Shown: positions 1-11,160, numbered from the whole stretch's first letter. The stretch is DNA of 63,396 bases, filler included, from Chrysochromulina tobinii (GCA_001275005.1; 9 parts of 9 records of this genome joined end to end with filler, not necessarily neighbours in it), one strand, 5' to 3'. Numbers and translations: made by a program. The notes: generated from the letters alone by a model not told the origin.

Positions 1-82
1 GCGTCGCAGATGCGTCGCATTTGCGCGCAGATGCGACGGTTTCTCGGCGCTCGAGCGACGTTTTTTCGGCGCTCGTGCGACG
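1..82. repeat. Short GCGTCGCA/TGCGACG motif cluster at contig start
   Basis: Several GCGTCGCA and (T)GCGACG copies in both orientations, followed by caaagtcttctctgacc x2 at about 103-137. Confidence 0.45.
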
Positions 83-1028
83 TCATCTCATGTCATCTGC
101 GGCAAAGTCTTCTCTGACCCCAAAGTCTTCTCTGACCAAGCAAGCTAATTAGTCGACACACACAAGTACCTAAACCAGCGCAACCGAGTACCCCTGTAGC
201 CAACGGGGTAGGAAAGGGTGGGCGGAGAAGGAGAGAGATATGCCCAGAACCGCTAACGCTCACCGAAGCATGCTGCTCATGCTTCCCAACATGAGAGAGC
301 CGCTCGATTGTGAAGCGCGCCTATGGGCCATCCATAGCAGTCTTCATCGCGGCACATCGATCGGCATGTGACCGCTCAGATCACACCAACAGAGGTAAAG
401 CTCGCGACCTGTCACGCTCCACAAGGGAACACAGGCCCGGATGGTTTAGTTGACTTCGACAGCCCTCCGCGGAGTCGTAGGCCCACCGTGGTGCGACTCG
501 CCGAGGCAGAGTGCGGTGGTCCGATCGTAGGAGAAGAGCGGCCGTCCGCTCGACCCAGTGCGGGAATCAAATAGATGCCGAGAGATTTGCTTGGCTCGCT
601 CCTCACCGAAGTGTCGCGAGCGGGCTTCGGCTTTCGCCACCTCGCCCACTCGCGCTCAGGTCAGCCCCAGCTCGGCGCCCCGGCCCAGCCTGCCGCGGTT
701 CTCCGATCCACACGCGCTCCGAGCACACAGGCTCCTCGCGCGTGGGCGGTGCCTCCCGCGGATACAGTACTGCAGCCCGCGCGCTGGTGGGAAAGAGCTA
801 TGCCCCCTCCGCACCACACGCGGGTCAGGGGACGCCGTAGTGGAAACCGCCGAGGGGCTCCGCCTTGCTGTAGTCGAGCAGCTCCTGCCGGGGACAGGCA
901 GGGAGGGGAGGGGAGGGGAGGGAATTGAGCCTGGTGCCTGGTTGAGCTTGACCGAGGTGTTCGTGTGGTCAGAAGGCCCGCGCACAATCAGCCCTGACTC
1001 ACGCTCCCCGAAGGGCAGTGCCGGACTC

Positions 1029-2150
1029 TCATGCCTCGCGGGCCAGGCCCGGTCGTGCCGCCAGTTGCCGCTGCGTGTGAGACTGCGCGCCCTTCGACCT
1101 CTTCCTAGGTGGCCTCTTCTTCTTGATGCCGCCGATGAGACCGCCTCTCTCTCTCTCGCTTCCCGCCGCTGCCTCTCTCTTGTCGCTGCCTGCTCCGCTC
1201 TCTCTCTCGTCTCCCTCTCTGCACTCTCTCGAGTCGCTGCTCCCCTCGGCTCTCTCCTCATGCTCCATGCTGCTGCTTCCCCCTTCGTCTCTCGGACGTC
1301 CCTCGTCATGCTGTACCGGATCACTGTGTACTCCTTCGACACTGCTCGCTGCCACACGCTCCGCATGCGCCGCGCCTGCCGACACATCATGCGCGCCATG
1401 CACACTGGCTACACCGAGTGACTCTTTCATCGCAGCCTCCGGCTGCTGTTGCTGCTCGCTCGTCTCACTCGCACGCTCGCTCGCTGACGCGGCCTCCTCG
1501 ACCATAGGTGCCCGTGCCTCCGCCGTCGTGTCTCCTGCCAGGCCGTCTGCTTGCCCGTCGGTGGCAGGCTCGGTGCCAAAGTCGAGACATGCAATCGTCG
1601 CTGCGAGGCCCCTGACGTCCTCTGCAGAGAAGCGCACGAACCCCGACCGTCGTTCTCGTTGCCGTTCTCGCTGCAGTGCCGGCGGTGCCGGCGGAGAGGA
1701 CGAAGGAGGCGGAGCTGGTGACGCCGAGACCTGTTCCTGTGCGGCGCAATTCGATTGCGCCGGTGCTGGCGAGGCATGCGCGGACAGGGCCCCAGGACTC
1801 CCGAGCGGTGAAATGCTCATCGCCCTTTCGCTGCCGCTGCGCGCGGCGTCATCCTTCGCCTCTTCGAGCTCGTCGTCCTCCTTCTCCTCGTCGCCCTTCT
1901 CCTCCTCCTCTGATGCTCCCGGCGTCCCATCGACAGTTGAGCGCTTGTCATCGACAGTTGAGCGCTTGTCGTATGCAGGATCAGAGCCGAAATCGAGGTG
2001 CGCAACTGTCTCTGCAAGGGCCCTGATATCCTCGGCAGTAAGCCGCTGTGACCGCCGTGCCTCGCGCTGCGGCGCCGGTGGTATCAGCGGAGAGGACAGG
2101 GTGGGCGAGGCCTGCTTGCTTGCTTGCTTGCTTGCTTCTCTGTGTCTCGT
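1029..2150 (-). CDS. Hypothetical low-complexity protein, start unclear
   Basis: Open frame with two copies of a roughly 25-aa motif (RLTAEDIRALAETVAHLDFGSDPA / RFSAEDVRGLAATIACLDFGTEPA), an acidic stretch and a basic GGIKKKRPPRKRSKG near the end. Confidence 0.3.
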   Translation of the reverse strand, partial: TRHREASKQASKQASPTLSSPLIPPAPQREARRSQRLTAEDIRALAETVAHLDFGSDPAYDKRSTVDDKRSTVDGTPGASEEEEKGDEEKEDDELEEAKDDAARSGSERAMSISPLGSPGALSAHASPAPAQSNCAAQEQVSASPAPPPSSSPPAPPALQRERQRERRSGFVRFSAEDVRGLAATIACLDFGTEPATDGQADGLAGDTTAEARAPMVEEAASASERASETSEQQQQPEAAMKESLGVASVHGAHDVSAGAAHAERVAASSVEGVHSDPVQHDEGRPRDEGGSSSMEHEERAEGSSDSRECREGDERESGAGSDKREAAAGSERERGGLIGGIKKKRPPRKRSKGAQSHTQRQLAARPGLAREA

Positions 2151-2240
2151 TTCACTGTTAACAAGTACTGTAAGCCTATAGGAAATTCCTACAAAGATAC
2201 AGCGTCCGAGTCCCGCGATGACCTCGAGTCCCATCCACAG

Positions 2241-3294
2241 ATGCCGCTCTTCGAGGCCTCGCCCTCTGGCGGCGGCGCGCACGTGCTCTCATCGTATGCG
2301 ACTGGCTTCTGGGGTCCGCACGACGCCCTGCACACCTTCTGCGAGGAGTCCTACGCCGTCACTTCGCTCTCCGCCGAGCCGTTTAATGCGTTCGGCTCCT
2401 TTTGCTACACAGCGGTCGGGGTCGTCAATCTCTGGCGCCTGAGCAAGCTCGGGCTGCCGCTCTCGTGGCGAGTCACGTGCGGCTGGTGGTCGCTCGTCAT
2501 CGTTGGCCTTGGCTCCTCGCTCTTCCACACCACAATGCGCTACCACATGGAGCTCCTGGATGAGATTCCGATGCTCGTCCTCTTGTGTTGCGGCTGCCTG
2601 CAGTGCTCGGACATCCATCCGCTGGGTAAGCGGTATCGCTGGAAGGGCATTACTTTGCTCGACCTCATGCTCGTCGGAGGAATGTCTGTCCTGACAGTCG
2701 TGTACCTCATCACACGCATCTTCGGCCTCTTTGTCACCGGTTTCACCGTCGGGACCATCTTCCTGCTCGGGCTCTACATGACGGCCGAGTGGAACCCGGA
2801 CTACGGGTATTTGGGTGGGCGGGCGGCCGTGCGTATCCTACTCGCGCGCGTGGCGTGGGAGCTGTGCGTGAGACGGGCCTCCAACCCGTGGCCTCCAACC
2901 CGTGGCCGCCCCCTTGAGCTTCTCACTCTGCTAGTGCGTTCAAAACCTCCATGCCTGTCGCAGTGAGAACCATCTCTGTGCATCCTACCCCATGGTCTGG
3001 TACTTGCACAACGTGTGGCACATTGGCTCCTGTCTTGCGGCGTCCGACCTCTTCCTTTTCGGATACCTTCACCGGCTCGAGAAGCTGGGCATGCGTGGCA
3101 TCGTCGCGGTCCGTGGCGGCGGCGCCGAGGGCAACGAGGGGCCAGTCAGCAGCGCCAGCCTGACGCCCGGGCGCGTGACGCGCACGCGCGCCGTCAAGGA
3201 GGGCATCGACCCGACTCCGATCCAGCTGCCGCTGCTCCTCTTCTGCCCTGAAGCTGCTGTCGCGTTGGTCAAGTCAGCGAAGATGGACGACTGA
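2241..3294 (+). CDS. Alkaline ceramidase (ACER3/phytoceramidase-like, CREST superfamily), 2 exons, intron 2864-2963
   Basis: Motifs GFWG, FCEESY, AEPFN, VGLGSSLFHTTM, LLDEIPM, LHNVWH. Removing GT..AG intron 2864-2963 gives WEL-ENHLC in frame, with stop at 3292-3294. Confidence 0.9.
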
Positions 3295-4027
3295 TGAACA
3301 TGGACACCTCTTCGCACCTCTCGCCACGGTAAATCCTCTCTCCAGTACGTTCCCATGAGGTAGACGACTTTTGTGATTCAGTTCTGTCTTTGGGAGATCG
3401 CGGAGATGGTCTTTGGTGCTGTAATGCCCGGCCGTGAGGCTTTTTCCATGGCTTTTTCTCATTTCTTGGACCTTGGTCCGGTCCCGTCGGGTCGGTCGGG
3501 GAGCACACGCGCGGGTCGGTGCCCAGCCCGGATCGGGCGATCGGAGATCCTTCGGCGAGTCCGCGCGACTTTGCGTGGCGTTGCGGGAGATCGCGATTGA
3601 GATGTTGAGTATTCTGTATCGTGTATGGGAGCATTTGTGATCGTACATCGTTGTGATTTGGACGTGCACCGGCGGTCGGACGCATACACGAGACTAACCG
3701 TGGGGGGGCGTTCGGTTGGTGCGTGCGGTGGCCGTGGGCGGCGCGCTGGGAGGGCGCTGGGAGGGCGCGCTCGAGAGAGCGCAACCCCAACCGGAGACCG
3801 TGTAGGAATACCGCTATCGTCGGGGTGTTTTCCCCCAAGCCCAACCGCGCCAACGCGTCGAACACACATTCACATAGACAGAGACACACCCGGGAAGACT
3901 CTCGGGCACCGACCCCCGGGAGATCCAAGTGCTCACGGGAGTATCGGACCTCGGAGAGATCTCACGGGAGATCCGAGTGCTCGGCGATGCCTCTGCGGAA
4001 TGGTGGGTCAGCTCAAGCGCGTCCCTC

Positions 4028-7000
4028 TCAGCAATCGGAGTAGGGCTCGGCCGCGGGGGCGCCGGCTACGGCGCCGGCTACGGCGCCGGCTGCGGCGCTG
4101 GCTGCGGCACCTGGTCCATCATTCGAGGCTGCGGGCGAGCCCCCATCGCTTGCCGTGGCACCGGATCGCTGTTGCTGCGGCGGCTTTGGCTCGCGCGGCT
4201 GCTGCGGCCAAGAGGGCGCTGGCTCGTGTTGCTGCTCGCGCTGCCTGTGCTGCTCCTGCTCGTGGCGCCGCTGCTGGCTCTGCAGCTGCTGCACCACCTG
4301 CTGCAGCCCTACGAAGGCGTCGGCGAGGGAAGCGACCGTCGCCTCGATCCGGTCGAGTTGCTCCGCCATCTCATTCATACTGCGTCCGTCGCTCGCCGTG
4401 GCCGGCGGCACCGCCGACGCCCCTCGCGCCGGTCCGCTGTGGGGAAATGGTCCGCCGGCCCCGACGGCCCCATCGCCACCTGCCCCCCTGGTCGCCGTCT
4501 CGGGCGCGACGCCTTGCGCCTCGCCCTCGCCCGGCGCGTCGCGTCGCTCGTGCAACTCCTTGAGGGCGGCACTCGCCTTCGCTTTCGCCTTCTTCGCGCG
4601 CCGCTCGAATGCAGCACGGGTCTGCTCGGCGCGCTCCTTGATCATCGAGGTGGTCTGCTCCATAGTAGGGATGCTCTCGAAGACAGCTCGGGTCTGCTCG
4701 GCGCGCTCCTTGATCATCGAGGTGGTCTGCTCCATAGTAGGGAGGCTCGTCCCTATCTCCTCTAGGCGCACCTGCAGCCCCGCCTGCAGGCTTCCCATCG
4801 AGGGGAGCGTCGGCATGTGCTTGGGCATATTGATTGCGCCCTCCATCGCCTCCTCCATCGAAGGCAGCTTCTTATGCAGCGCCGCGACCGCCGCGACCGA
4901 GGGGAGCGGGATCTCCGACATCGAGGGCAGCGCGATCTCCGACGCGATCTCCGACGCGATCTCCGACGAGCCAGGAGCGAGCACTTGCAGCTCCCAGAGT
5001 GCCATATCACCCGCAAGACCGACTGAGAGCGACGGGAATGCGCTGTGCGCGTGTGCGAGCGCGTACGGCAGCAGCACCGCCGCCACCGACCACCACGAAA
5101 CTACCCACGACGGGCCGCAGTCGAAGGCCGCATAGCAGACGAGCAGTAGCGATGCCGACGCGCCGATCAAGATGCGCGCCGGCGCGAGGAGGAGCGCGGG
5201 TGCCGCGCGCGGCGCCACGGCGCTCGCGGCCGCCTCCGGGAGCGCGTCGACGCCGTCCGTGGCCGGCAACGCAGCCGCCGACGCACCGCCGTCCTCGCCT
5301 GCGCCGGCCGGCGAGCCGCTGCCAGCGACCACGCCAGCGCCGACGGCGCAACCGGCGCCGCCGATGGCGCCGGCGCTGGCGGCGTAGGCGCTGATCCCCT
5401 TGAGCTCCCCCTTGAGCTCCCCCTTGAGCTCCCCCTTGAGCTCCCAGAGCGCCATGTCACCCGCGAGCCCCCGCGAGGTCGAAGGGAAGGCCCGGTGGCC
5501 CCACGACATAGTGTACGGGAGCACGAGCACAGCGAGCACGCACCAGGTGAGCGAGGAGGCGGCACCATTCGAGCATGAGCCGTAAGCGACCAGAAGACCG
5601 AGCGCCGCGATCACGCCACCTCCTGCTAGCCGCCAGTTGGCGTCCGAAGAGAGTACGAGCGCTGTCTCGAGCAGCGCGCGCCACGCGCCCACGAGCACGC
5701 GCATCAGCCCGCCGACGAGCGAGCGCGCCACGTCGGGAGCGAGTTCGAGCGCGAAGCCGAGCACCTCGAGCACGCGCACCCACACGCTCGATGCCACACT
5801 CACCGCGCTCGCCGCGCCGTGCGTGCCGTGCGCGTCGAAGCCGGCCCCGGAGCCAGCGGCGCCCTGTGCAGCATGGGCGGCAGCATGGGCGGCGGCATGG
5901 GCGGCAGCATGGGCGGCGGCATGGGCGATGGTCGCGTCAGCGTTCGGTGCGAAGGCCACGGCGGCGCTCGCGGCGGCGGCGCTCGAGGCGGGCCCAGCGT
6001 TGGCTGAGGATGGCACGGCCGCGGAGGCGGGGCCGCCGGCCGCCATCGACGAGGATGAGAATGAGGACGCGGCCGTCACATCGCCAGCAACGCCGTCCGG
6101 GCGAGCCGTAGGCGACTCGCGCTGAGAGGTGTCGTCCTTGCTCTTTGAATGACAAATAGGCGACTCGCGCCCACCCGCCGGCGACGCGTAGACGGAGGTG
6201 GCGCCGGCGCCGGCGCTGAGCTGCCCCACACTGCTCTCACGCGGCAGCTGCCCGGCAGGGCGCGACAAGTCGGCCACCCGCGCCGCCTCGAGCACCCGCG
6301 CCGTCTCGAGCTCCCGCGCCGCCTCGAGCACCCGCGCCGAGAGCATCTCGAGCGTTGCGTCGGCAAGCTTGAGCGCCGAGCGCGTGCGCTGCTCCTCGTA
6401 CGAGTGCTCGCCAAAGGGCTCGTTCGGGCGCGTGAGCATGCAGTCGCGGCAGCAGCGCCTCGTGTCGTGAAGGCAGCACAGATAAAACTCCGATGGCTGC
6501 TTGTACGCGCCGCACGACTGGCACAGGTGAAGCACCCGGTTGGATCGGCGCGGGTCGCGTGCGTCGCGCGGCCGCTGCGCCGTCTCGAGCTTGCACGCCT
6601 TTGCAACCGGCAGCAGCGCATCGCTGGCCGCGGCCTCGGCCGCAGCATCCGCGGCGAGCGCCTCCCTCGTCGTCGGCGTCGCTGCCGACGACGCCGCCAA
6701 GCGAACGGGTGGGAAGCTGAGCTGCGACTGGTGGTAGACGATCTCTGGCGGTAGGATGAGGCCATCCTTGGGCAAGTCTATTGAGCGGAGCGACTGGTCG
6801 AAGAAGCGCGCGCAGAGCACGATGAGCGGGATCGCGTACTGCGGCTCGAGCAGCGGCACGTCCAACTCTGTCCAGCCGCACGAGTTCTTGCAAAACTCGG
6901 CGAGCTCGTCGAGGCTCACTTGGATGAGGTTTTTCCTGGCCGTTTCCTCCGGGAGCTTGGCGTGCGCGCGCCGCAGCGCCGCGAGGTCGCACTTCCATCT

Positions 7001-7045
7001 GCGCGAGTGCAGGGAGTCGGCGGAGCGGCGCCGGGTCCAAAGCAT
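4028..7045 (-). CDS. Hypothetical ~1000-aa protein with Cys cluster, duplicated hydrophobic module and C-terminal coiled coil
   Basis: Single long ORF. Contains CQSC..K..EF..CC..CCRDC, two copies of PY..H.AFPS.S.GLAGDMALWEL and a tandem PTMEQTTSMIKERAEQTRA. Confidence 0.6.
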   Translation of the reverse strand: MLWTRRRSADSLHSRRWKCDLAALRRAHAKLPEETARKNLIQVSLDELAEFCKNSCGWTELDVPLLEPQYAIPLIVLCARFFDQSLRSIDLPKDGLILPPEIVYHQSQLSFPPVRLAASSAATPTTREALAADAAAEAAASDALLPVAKACKLETAQRPRDARDPRRSNRVLHLCQSCGAYKQPSEFYLCCLHDTRRCCRDCMLTRPNEPFGEHSYEEQRTRSALKLADATLEMLSARVLEAARELETARVLEAARVADLSRPAGQLPRESSVGQLSAGAGATSVYASPAGGRESPICHSKSKDDTSQRESPTARPDGVAGDVTAASSFSSSSMAAGGPASAAVPSSANAGPASSAAAASAAVAFAPNADATIAHAAAHAAAHAAAHAAAHAAQGAAGSGAGFDAHGTHGAASAVSVASSVWVRVLEVLGFALELAPDVARSLVGGLMRVLVGAWRALLETALVLSSDANWRLAGGGVIAALGLLVAYGSCSNGAASSLTWCVLAVLVLPYTMSWGHRAFPSTSRGLAGDMALWELKGELKGELKGELKGISAYAASAGAIGGAGCAVGAGVVAGSGSPAGAGEDGGASAAALPATDGVDALPEAAASAVAPRAAPALLLAPARILIGASASLLLVCYAAFDCGPSWVVSWWSVAAVLLPYALAHAHSAFPSLSVGLAGDMALWELQVLAPGSSEIASEIASEIALPSMSEIPLPSVAAVAALHKKLPSMEEAMEGAINMPKHMPTLPSMGSLQAGLQVRLEEIGTSLPTMEQTTSMIKERAEQTRAVFESIPTMEQTTSMIKERAEQTRAAFERRAKKAKAKASAALKELHERRDAPGEGEAQGVAPETATRGAGGDGAVGAGGPFPHSGPARGASAVPPATASDGRSMNEMAEQLDRIEATVASLADAFVGLQQVVQQLQSQQRRHEQEQHRQREQQHEPAPSWPQQPREPKPPQQQRSGATASDGGSPAASNDGPGAAASAAAGAVAGAVAGAPAAEPYSDC

Positions 7046-7224
7046 GGAAGGCCGAGATACAGGAGAAGTTATGGGGAACTCGCGGGGAAACAATCTGGTG
7101 GGGTACTAACGGAATTCCTTCATGGAGCGCCCGCCACCTACATGAACTACGAATGCGCCCACTCAGGCCTTTTTCTGGTTTTTGCGACGAGCTGCGAAGT
7201 TTCCGTGCCGTTTCCGAGGAATCC

Positions 7225-9342
7225 ATGCTTTTTACGTCGCTCCGCTTCATTGCACTCGCTGTGGCGGTCGTGCCCGCCGCCTTCGCCCTGCGGGCCGGTT
7301 CCATCCAGCGCCATGCGGGGCCCATCCAGCGCACACTTCGTGTGCTGCGCCGAACCGCTGGATTCAGCGCCGCGGAGCCAACTTTACGAGACTTTGCCGT
7401 CAGCGGCGGCCCGAAAATTTACCCGGCCGCCACTGCCGACTCTGCCAAGCCAGTGCTGCTCTACCTGCCCGGAATCGAGATGACGGGATACTCGCTGCAT
7501 CGTCAGGTGCCCGATCTCCAAGTGGATTTTGACGTGCGCTGGTTGGCAAACTCTCCTGAGGATCGCACCAACTTTACTGGCCTTGCCGACATTGTGCAGC
7601 GGGCAATCGAGGACGTGCACGCCTCGGGACGTTCGTCGTACTTGTGCGGCGAGTCGTTCGGTGGTGTGCTGGCGCTGTATGTTGCGCTGCGCGACTCCCG
7701 TGGAGCGCCTGCGGGCCTTTCCGGCGTCGTCCTCATCAACCCGGCCACGAGCGTGGAGCGCTCGTGGCCTGCGCAGCTGCCGGGCGTGCTTGACGCGCTA
7801 GGTGAGCTCCCGCCGGTCGTGTCGGAGGCAGCATACATGGCGATCGCAACCCCCATCTTCAGTTGGATCTCGGGCGACCCTCTGCAGCTCGGCGGGCGCG
7901 CGGCGGACGAGTCGCTGCCCTCTGCCCTTCGCACCGCAGCCGCTCTGGGACGGCTCGCGTCGCAGCTGCCTCTGCTCACGGAGCTGCCCACGGTCTTCCC
8001 GCGCGCGACGCTCGCGTTCCGGCTCTCGATGCTGCTCGACGCCTCGCGCGCCGTCGACAAGCTCGCGCTCAGCCAGCTCACGCTCCCAGTAGAGGTTATC
8101 TCCTCGAGTGAAGATCGCGTGTTGCCCTCGACGGACGAGGCGCGGCGGCTAGCGCGGGCCCTGCCGAACGCACAGATCACGCGGCTGCGCGCCTCGGGCC
8201 ACGTACCGCTCCTCGAGGCACGCGTGCGGCTCGCCAAGATCCTTCGCGACGCACGCCTGATCGAGAGGGCGCCGCGCCGCGCCAAGGATTATGTGAACGA
8301 CTTCACGCTGCCGACTGCGGCCGAGTTTGCCAACGCCAGCCGTTCGCTCGCCTCGGTGCGTAAGCTCACCTCACCTGTCTGGTTGTCGACGGATGCGAGG
8401 GGGAGGCGTGTCGCCGGCCTCGGCGGGCTGCCGCCGCTCCCGAGCTTCGGGGCGAGCGTAACGGCTGAGCCGAGCTCTCCTCTCCCGGGCGCCGAGCCCG
8501 ACGGCACTAGTGTGCGGCCGCCACCGGTGCTCTTCATAGGCAACCACCAGCTCTATGGCTTCCTCGACTTGCCGCTGCTCGTCGAGGAGATCCACAAGCA
8601 GACGGGCACGCTCGTGCGCGCGCTCGCCCATCCGGTCGCCTTCGGCTCGCAGGTGCGCACCCGTACCGACGGAGAGCCGCCGAGCGCCGAGCCGAGCGCC
8701 GACGAGCTCCGAGGCGCGCGCGCCGGAGGGTTTGTCGACTTTGAGCAGTTTGGATGCGTGCCAGTGAGTCCGCGCGCGCTCTTCAAGTTGCTTCGGCGCG
8801 GCGAGTCGACCCTTCTCTACCCGGGCGGCGTGCGCGAGGCGTTCAAGAGCACCAAGCAGGGCGAGGCGTACAAGCTCTTCTGGCCGTCCGCAGACGAGTC
8901 GTCCGACTTTGCACGTGTCGCGGCCAAGTTTGGCGCGACCATCGTTCCCGTCGCCGCCGTGGGCGCCGAGGATGGCTTCCAGATGCTCCTCGACGCGGAC
9001 GAGCTCCTCTCGCTGCCCGTGCTGGGGCAGCGCGTCGCGCAGTCAGCCGCGCGCACCCCCGTCGGCCGGCCGGGCGAACGCTTCGTTGCGCCCGTCTCGG
9101 TGCCTCGCGTGCCCGGCCGGTACTACTTCCTTTTTGGCGCACCGATCGAGACGCGTGGCGTCGATCCCACGGACAAGGCGGCCTGTGCGGCGCTCTACGC
9201 GTCCGTGCGCGCCGAGCTCGAGGGCTGCGTCGACTACCTGCTCGAGAAGCGCAAGCACGACCCATGGGAGGCCGCTCTCCCGCGCGTCGCCGTCGAGGCC
9301 TCGTGGGACTTTGCTAAGCAGGCGCCGAGCTTTCCACTCTAA
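7225..9342 (+). CDS. Phytyl ester synthase / ELT-family esterase-acyltransferase (alpha/beta hydrolase + DAGAT-like), probably plastid-targeted
   Basis: LLYLPGIE, GESFGG nucleophile elbow, LINPATS, SGHVPLLE, acyltransferase LFIGNHQLYGFLD, LYPGGVREA, PGRYYFLFG. Signal-like N-terminus MLFTSLRFIALAVAVVPAAF. Confidence 0.88.
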   Translation: MLFTSLRFIALAVAVVPAAFALRAGSIQRHAGPIQRTLRVLRRTAGFSAAEPTLRDFAVSGGPKIYPAATADSAKPVLLYLPGIEMTGYSLHRQVPDLQVDFDVRWLANSPEDRTNFTGLADIVQRAIEDVHASGRSSYLCGESFGGVLALYVALRDSRGAPAGLSGVVLINPATSVERSWPAQLPGVLDALGELPPVVSEAAYMAIATPIFSWISGDPLQLGGRAADESLPSALRTAAALGRLASQLPLLTELPTVFPRATLAFRLSMLLDASRAVDKLALSQLTLPVEVISSSEDRVLPSTDEARRLARALPNAQITRLRASGHVPLLEARVRLAKILRDARLIERAPRRAKDYVNDFTLPTAAEFANASRSLASVRKLTSPVWLSTDARGRRVAGLGGLPPLPSFGASVTAEPSSPLPGAEPDGTSVRPPPVLFIGNHQLYGFLDLPLLVEEIHKQTGTLVRALAHPVAFGSQVRTRTDGEPPSAEPSADELRGARAGGFVDFEQFGCVPVSPRALFKLLRRGESTLLYPGGVREAFKSTKQGEAYKLFWPSADESSDFARVAAKFGATIVPVAAVGAEDGFQMLLDADELLSLPVLGQRVAQSAARTPVGRPGERFVAPVSVPRVPGRYYFLFGAPIETRGVDPTDKAACAALYASVRAELEGCVDYLLEKRKHDPWEAALPRVAVEASWDFAKQAPSFPL

Positions 9343-9830
9343 AGGTGCGTGGCGTCACGGTCGGAGGGTGCCATGTGGCTTCGCCAACGCGAGCGGCGAG
9401 TCTATGCGCAATGCGGGCCCGTGGGGATTTGGTCTAGCGTGGCGGTGCCGGGGGACCGGGGCGTTTTACTGGGCTTCTGCTGTCTCGATATGGTATAGAA
9501 AGGTTTGCTTGGGTGACTGGACACATACCTAGGTGCTAGCTGCTAGGACACGACCGCCGTCGCACCCACGCCCGTGCCACCAAGTGCCACCGCACGACCG
9601 GCGGCGCGGCGCCGGCGGGGGTTCCATTCGGAGCTTGAACTTCGGTCCGATGGCTCGGTCGACAGTCGCGGAGGTTGATAAGCCGTTTCGACGTTTAAAA
9701 AAGCGGTTGAGGTTGAGGCACACCCAGGTGATGAACGCCAAATCGGTTCTTTCATCTTTCAGAATCGATCTCCTTTTAGTCGATTCTCGGACTTCAGCGA
9801 CTCTGACAACGAAGAATCTCACCCAACTCC

Positions 9831-10859
9831 ATGCGGCGAAGCAGACCGGGGGGGCTGTTGATGATCTGCCCTGTTACCTGGGCACTGCTCCTACCCGACG
9901 TGACCTTGATGTCGCACTTCTTGGGCCACCATGGATTGATGGCCAGTGCTATTCCCGCCGTTGGGGCCGCAGCACACCTGGGTTCGCAATGGGCTGCAGC
10001 GCATGGGATGGGTGCTGCCGGTGCGGCAGCAGCGGCTAAGGCGGGTTTCATCGGGCATGCTGCCGCGGGAGTGCACGCAACGGCCGCCGGCGCGCAAGCC
10101 TCGCTCGCGGGCCTCGCCGCTACAGGGGCGAGTGCCGCCATGAAGGTCGCCCCCGATGCCTTCACCCAGTCGCTGCGAGCGCCGGACCAGAAGCCCAACA
10201 GCCGCGCTGTGGGGCGCATCCTGCAGATCGAGTGGGAGCGCTTCCAGGTCGCCTGGCACGTCCTCTCGCGTTCGGGCCAGGGCCCCATTGAGGTGGCGAC
10301 GCAGATGCTCGATAAGGCGCGCAACCGCGAGCCGATCATTCGGTGGGCGCTGGGCATCTGGATCCGCGGCAAGGTCGGGCTGGAGGGGGCCGGGCAGAAG
10401 GGGCTGACGATCATCTCCTCGCTGCGTGCCCTCGAGCTCGAGATTGCCGCGCAGCTCAAGTTTGGGCTCCAGACGGCGCCATGGCGGGTGGTGCGCCTCG
10501 CGTGCTCGGCCTTCATGCTCACGCTCCTCGCCGTGCTCGCGCGCATCCCCGGCTGCGAGCCGCTCAACCGGCGCCTCTGCAAGCTCTGGCCCAAAACCGT
10601 CGAGCAGCTGTCCGCCGTCATGGAGCGCAACTTTCAGGAGGACCCCTCACGCAGCCTCGAGTCAACCACACCGGAGCGCACACGATGGCAGCGGATCCGC
10701 GACAAAGTGCTCCCGCCGCATGCGCCGCCCATTCTTGAGTTCCCAAAGGACCTGCTCACGAGCATGTTTGGCGAGCCTTTCTTCGACCCTGCTGCGGTCC
10801 CGGCCTCTAAGGCCGCGCTCGCCGATGGGCCCGTTCAGCCCATGGTTCAGCCTACATGA
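9831..10859 (+). CDS. Hypothetical protein
   Basis: 342-aa ORF with GC3-rich codons, Ala-rich N-terminal half and a hydrophobic segment. No recognised motif. Confidence 0.55.
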   Translation: MRRSRPGGLLMICPVTWALLLPDVTLMSHFLGHHGLMASAIPAVGAAAHLGSQWAAAHGMGAAGAAAAAKAGFIGHAAAGVHATAAGAQASLAGLAATGASAAMKVAPDAFTQSLRAPDQKPNSRAVGRILQIEWERFQVAWHVLSRSGQGPIEVATQMLDKARNREPIIRWALGIWIRGKVGLEGAGQKGLTIISSLRALELEIAAQLKFGLQTAPWRVVRLACSAFMLTLLAVLARIPGCEPLNRRLCKLWPKTVEQLSAVMERNFQEDPSRSLESTTPERTRWQRIRDKVLPPHAPPILEFPKDLLTSMFGEPFFDPAAVPASKAALADGPVQPMVQPT

Positions 10860-11160
10860 TGTACTTGTTTAAACGAACGCCTGGCGGCAACGACTCACGC
10901 GTGGTCACGCGGCGAGGGGGGACCCTATGATAAGCGTGGCATAGCGCGGTTTCCGAGGAGGCCTCGGAAAGGGTCGTGCCTGTGTTTATATAGAAATGGC
11001 TACTCTGAACCGTGTCTTCGGCGTTGTTGCCCTTGTGCGTCTTGCCGAGATGGCAATTTAACGTGAACGTGAACGTGTATACAGACGCATACATGTAGTG
11101 AATGAACAAGCGCTCAACGCTTGACCTGTTAGACCAATCGAAAGGCATTTGCAAATCGCG

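Noticed and set aside
160..600. Possible structured ncRNA
   Set aside because: I could not recognise any tRNA, snRNA, RNase P/MRP or rRNA motif. An Infernal/Rfam scan would be needed.
3870..3990. Short degenerate repeats (gggagatcc(g/a)agtgctc)
   Set aside because: Only two or three loose copies with no boundaries, which is too little to call an element.
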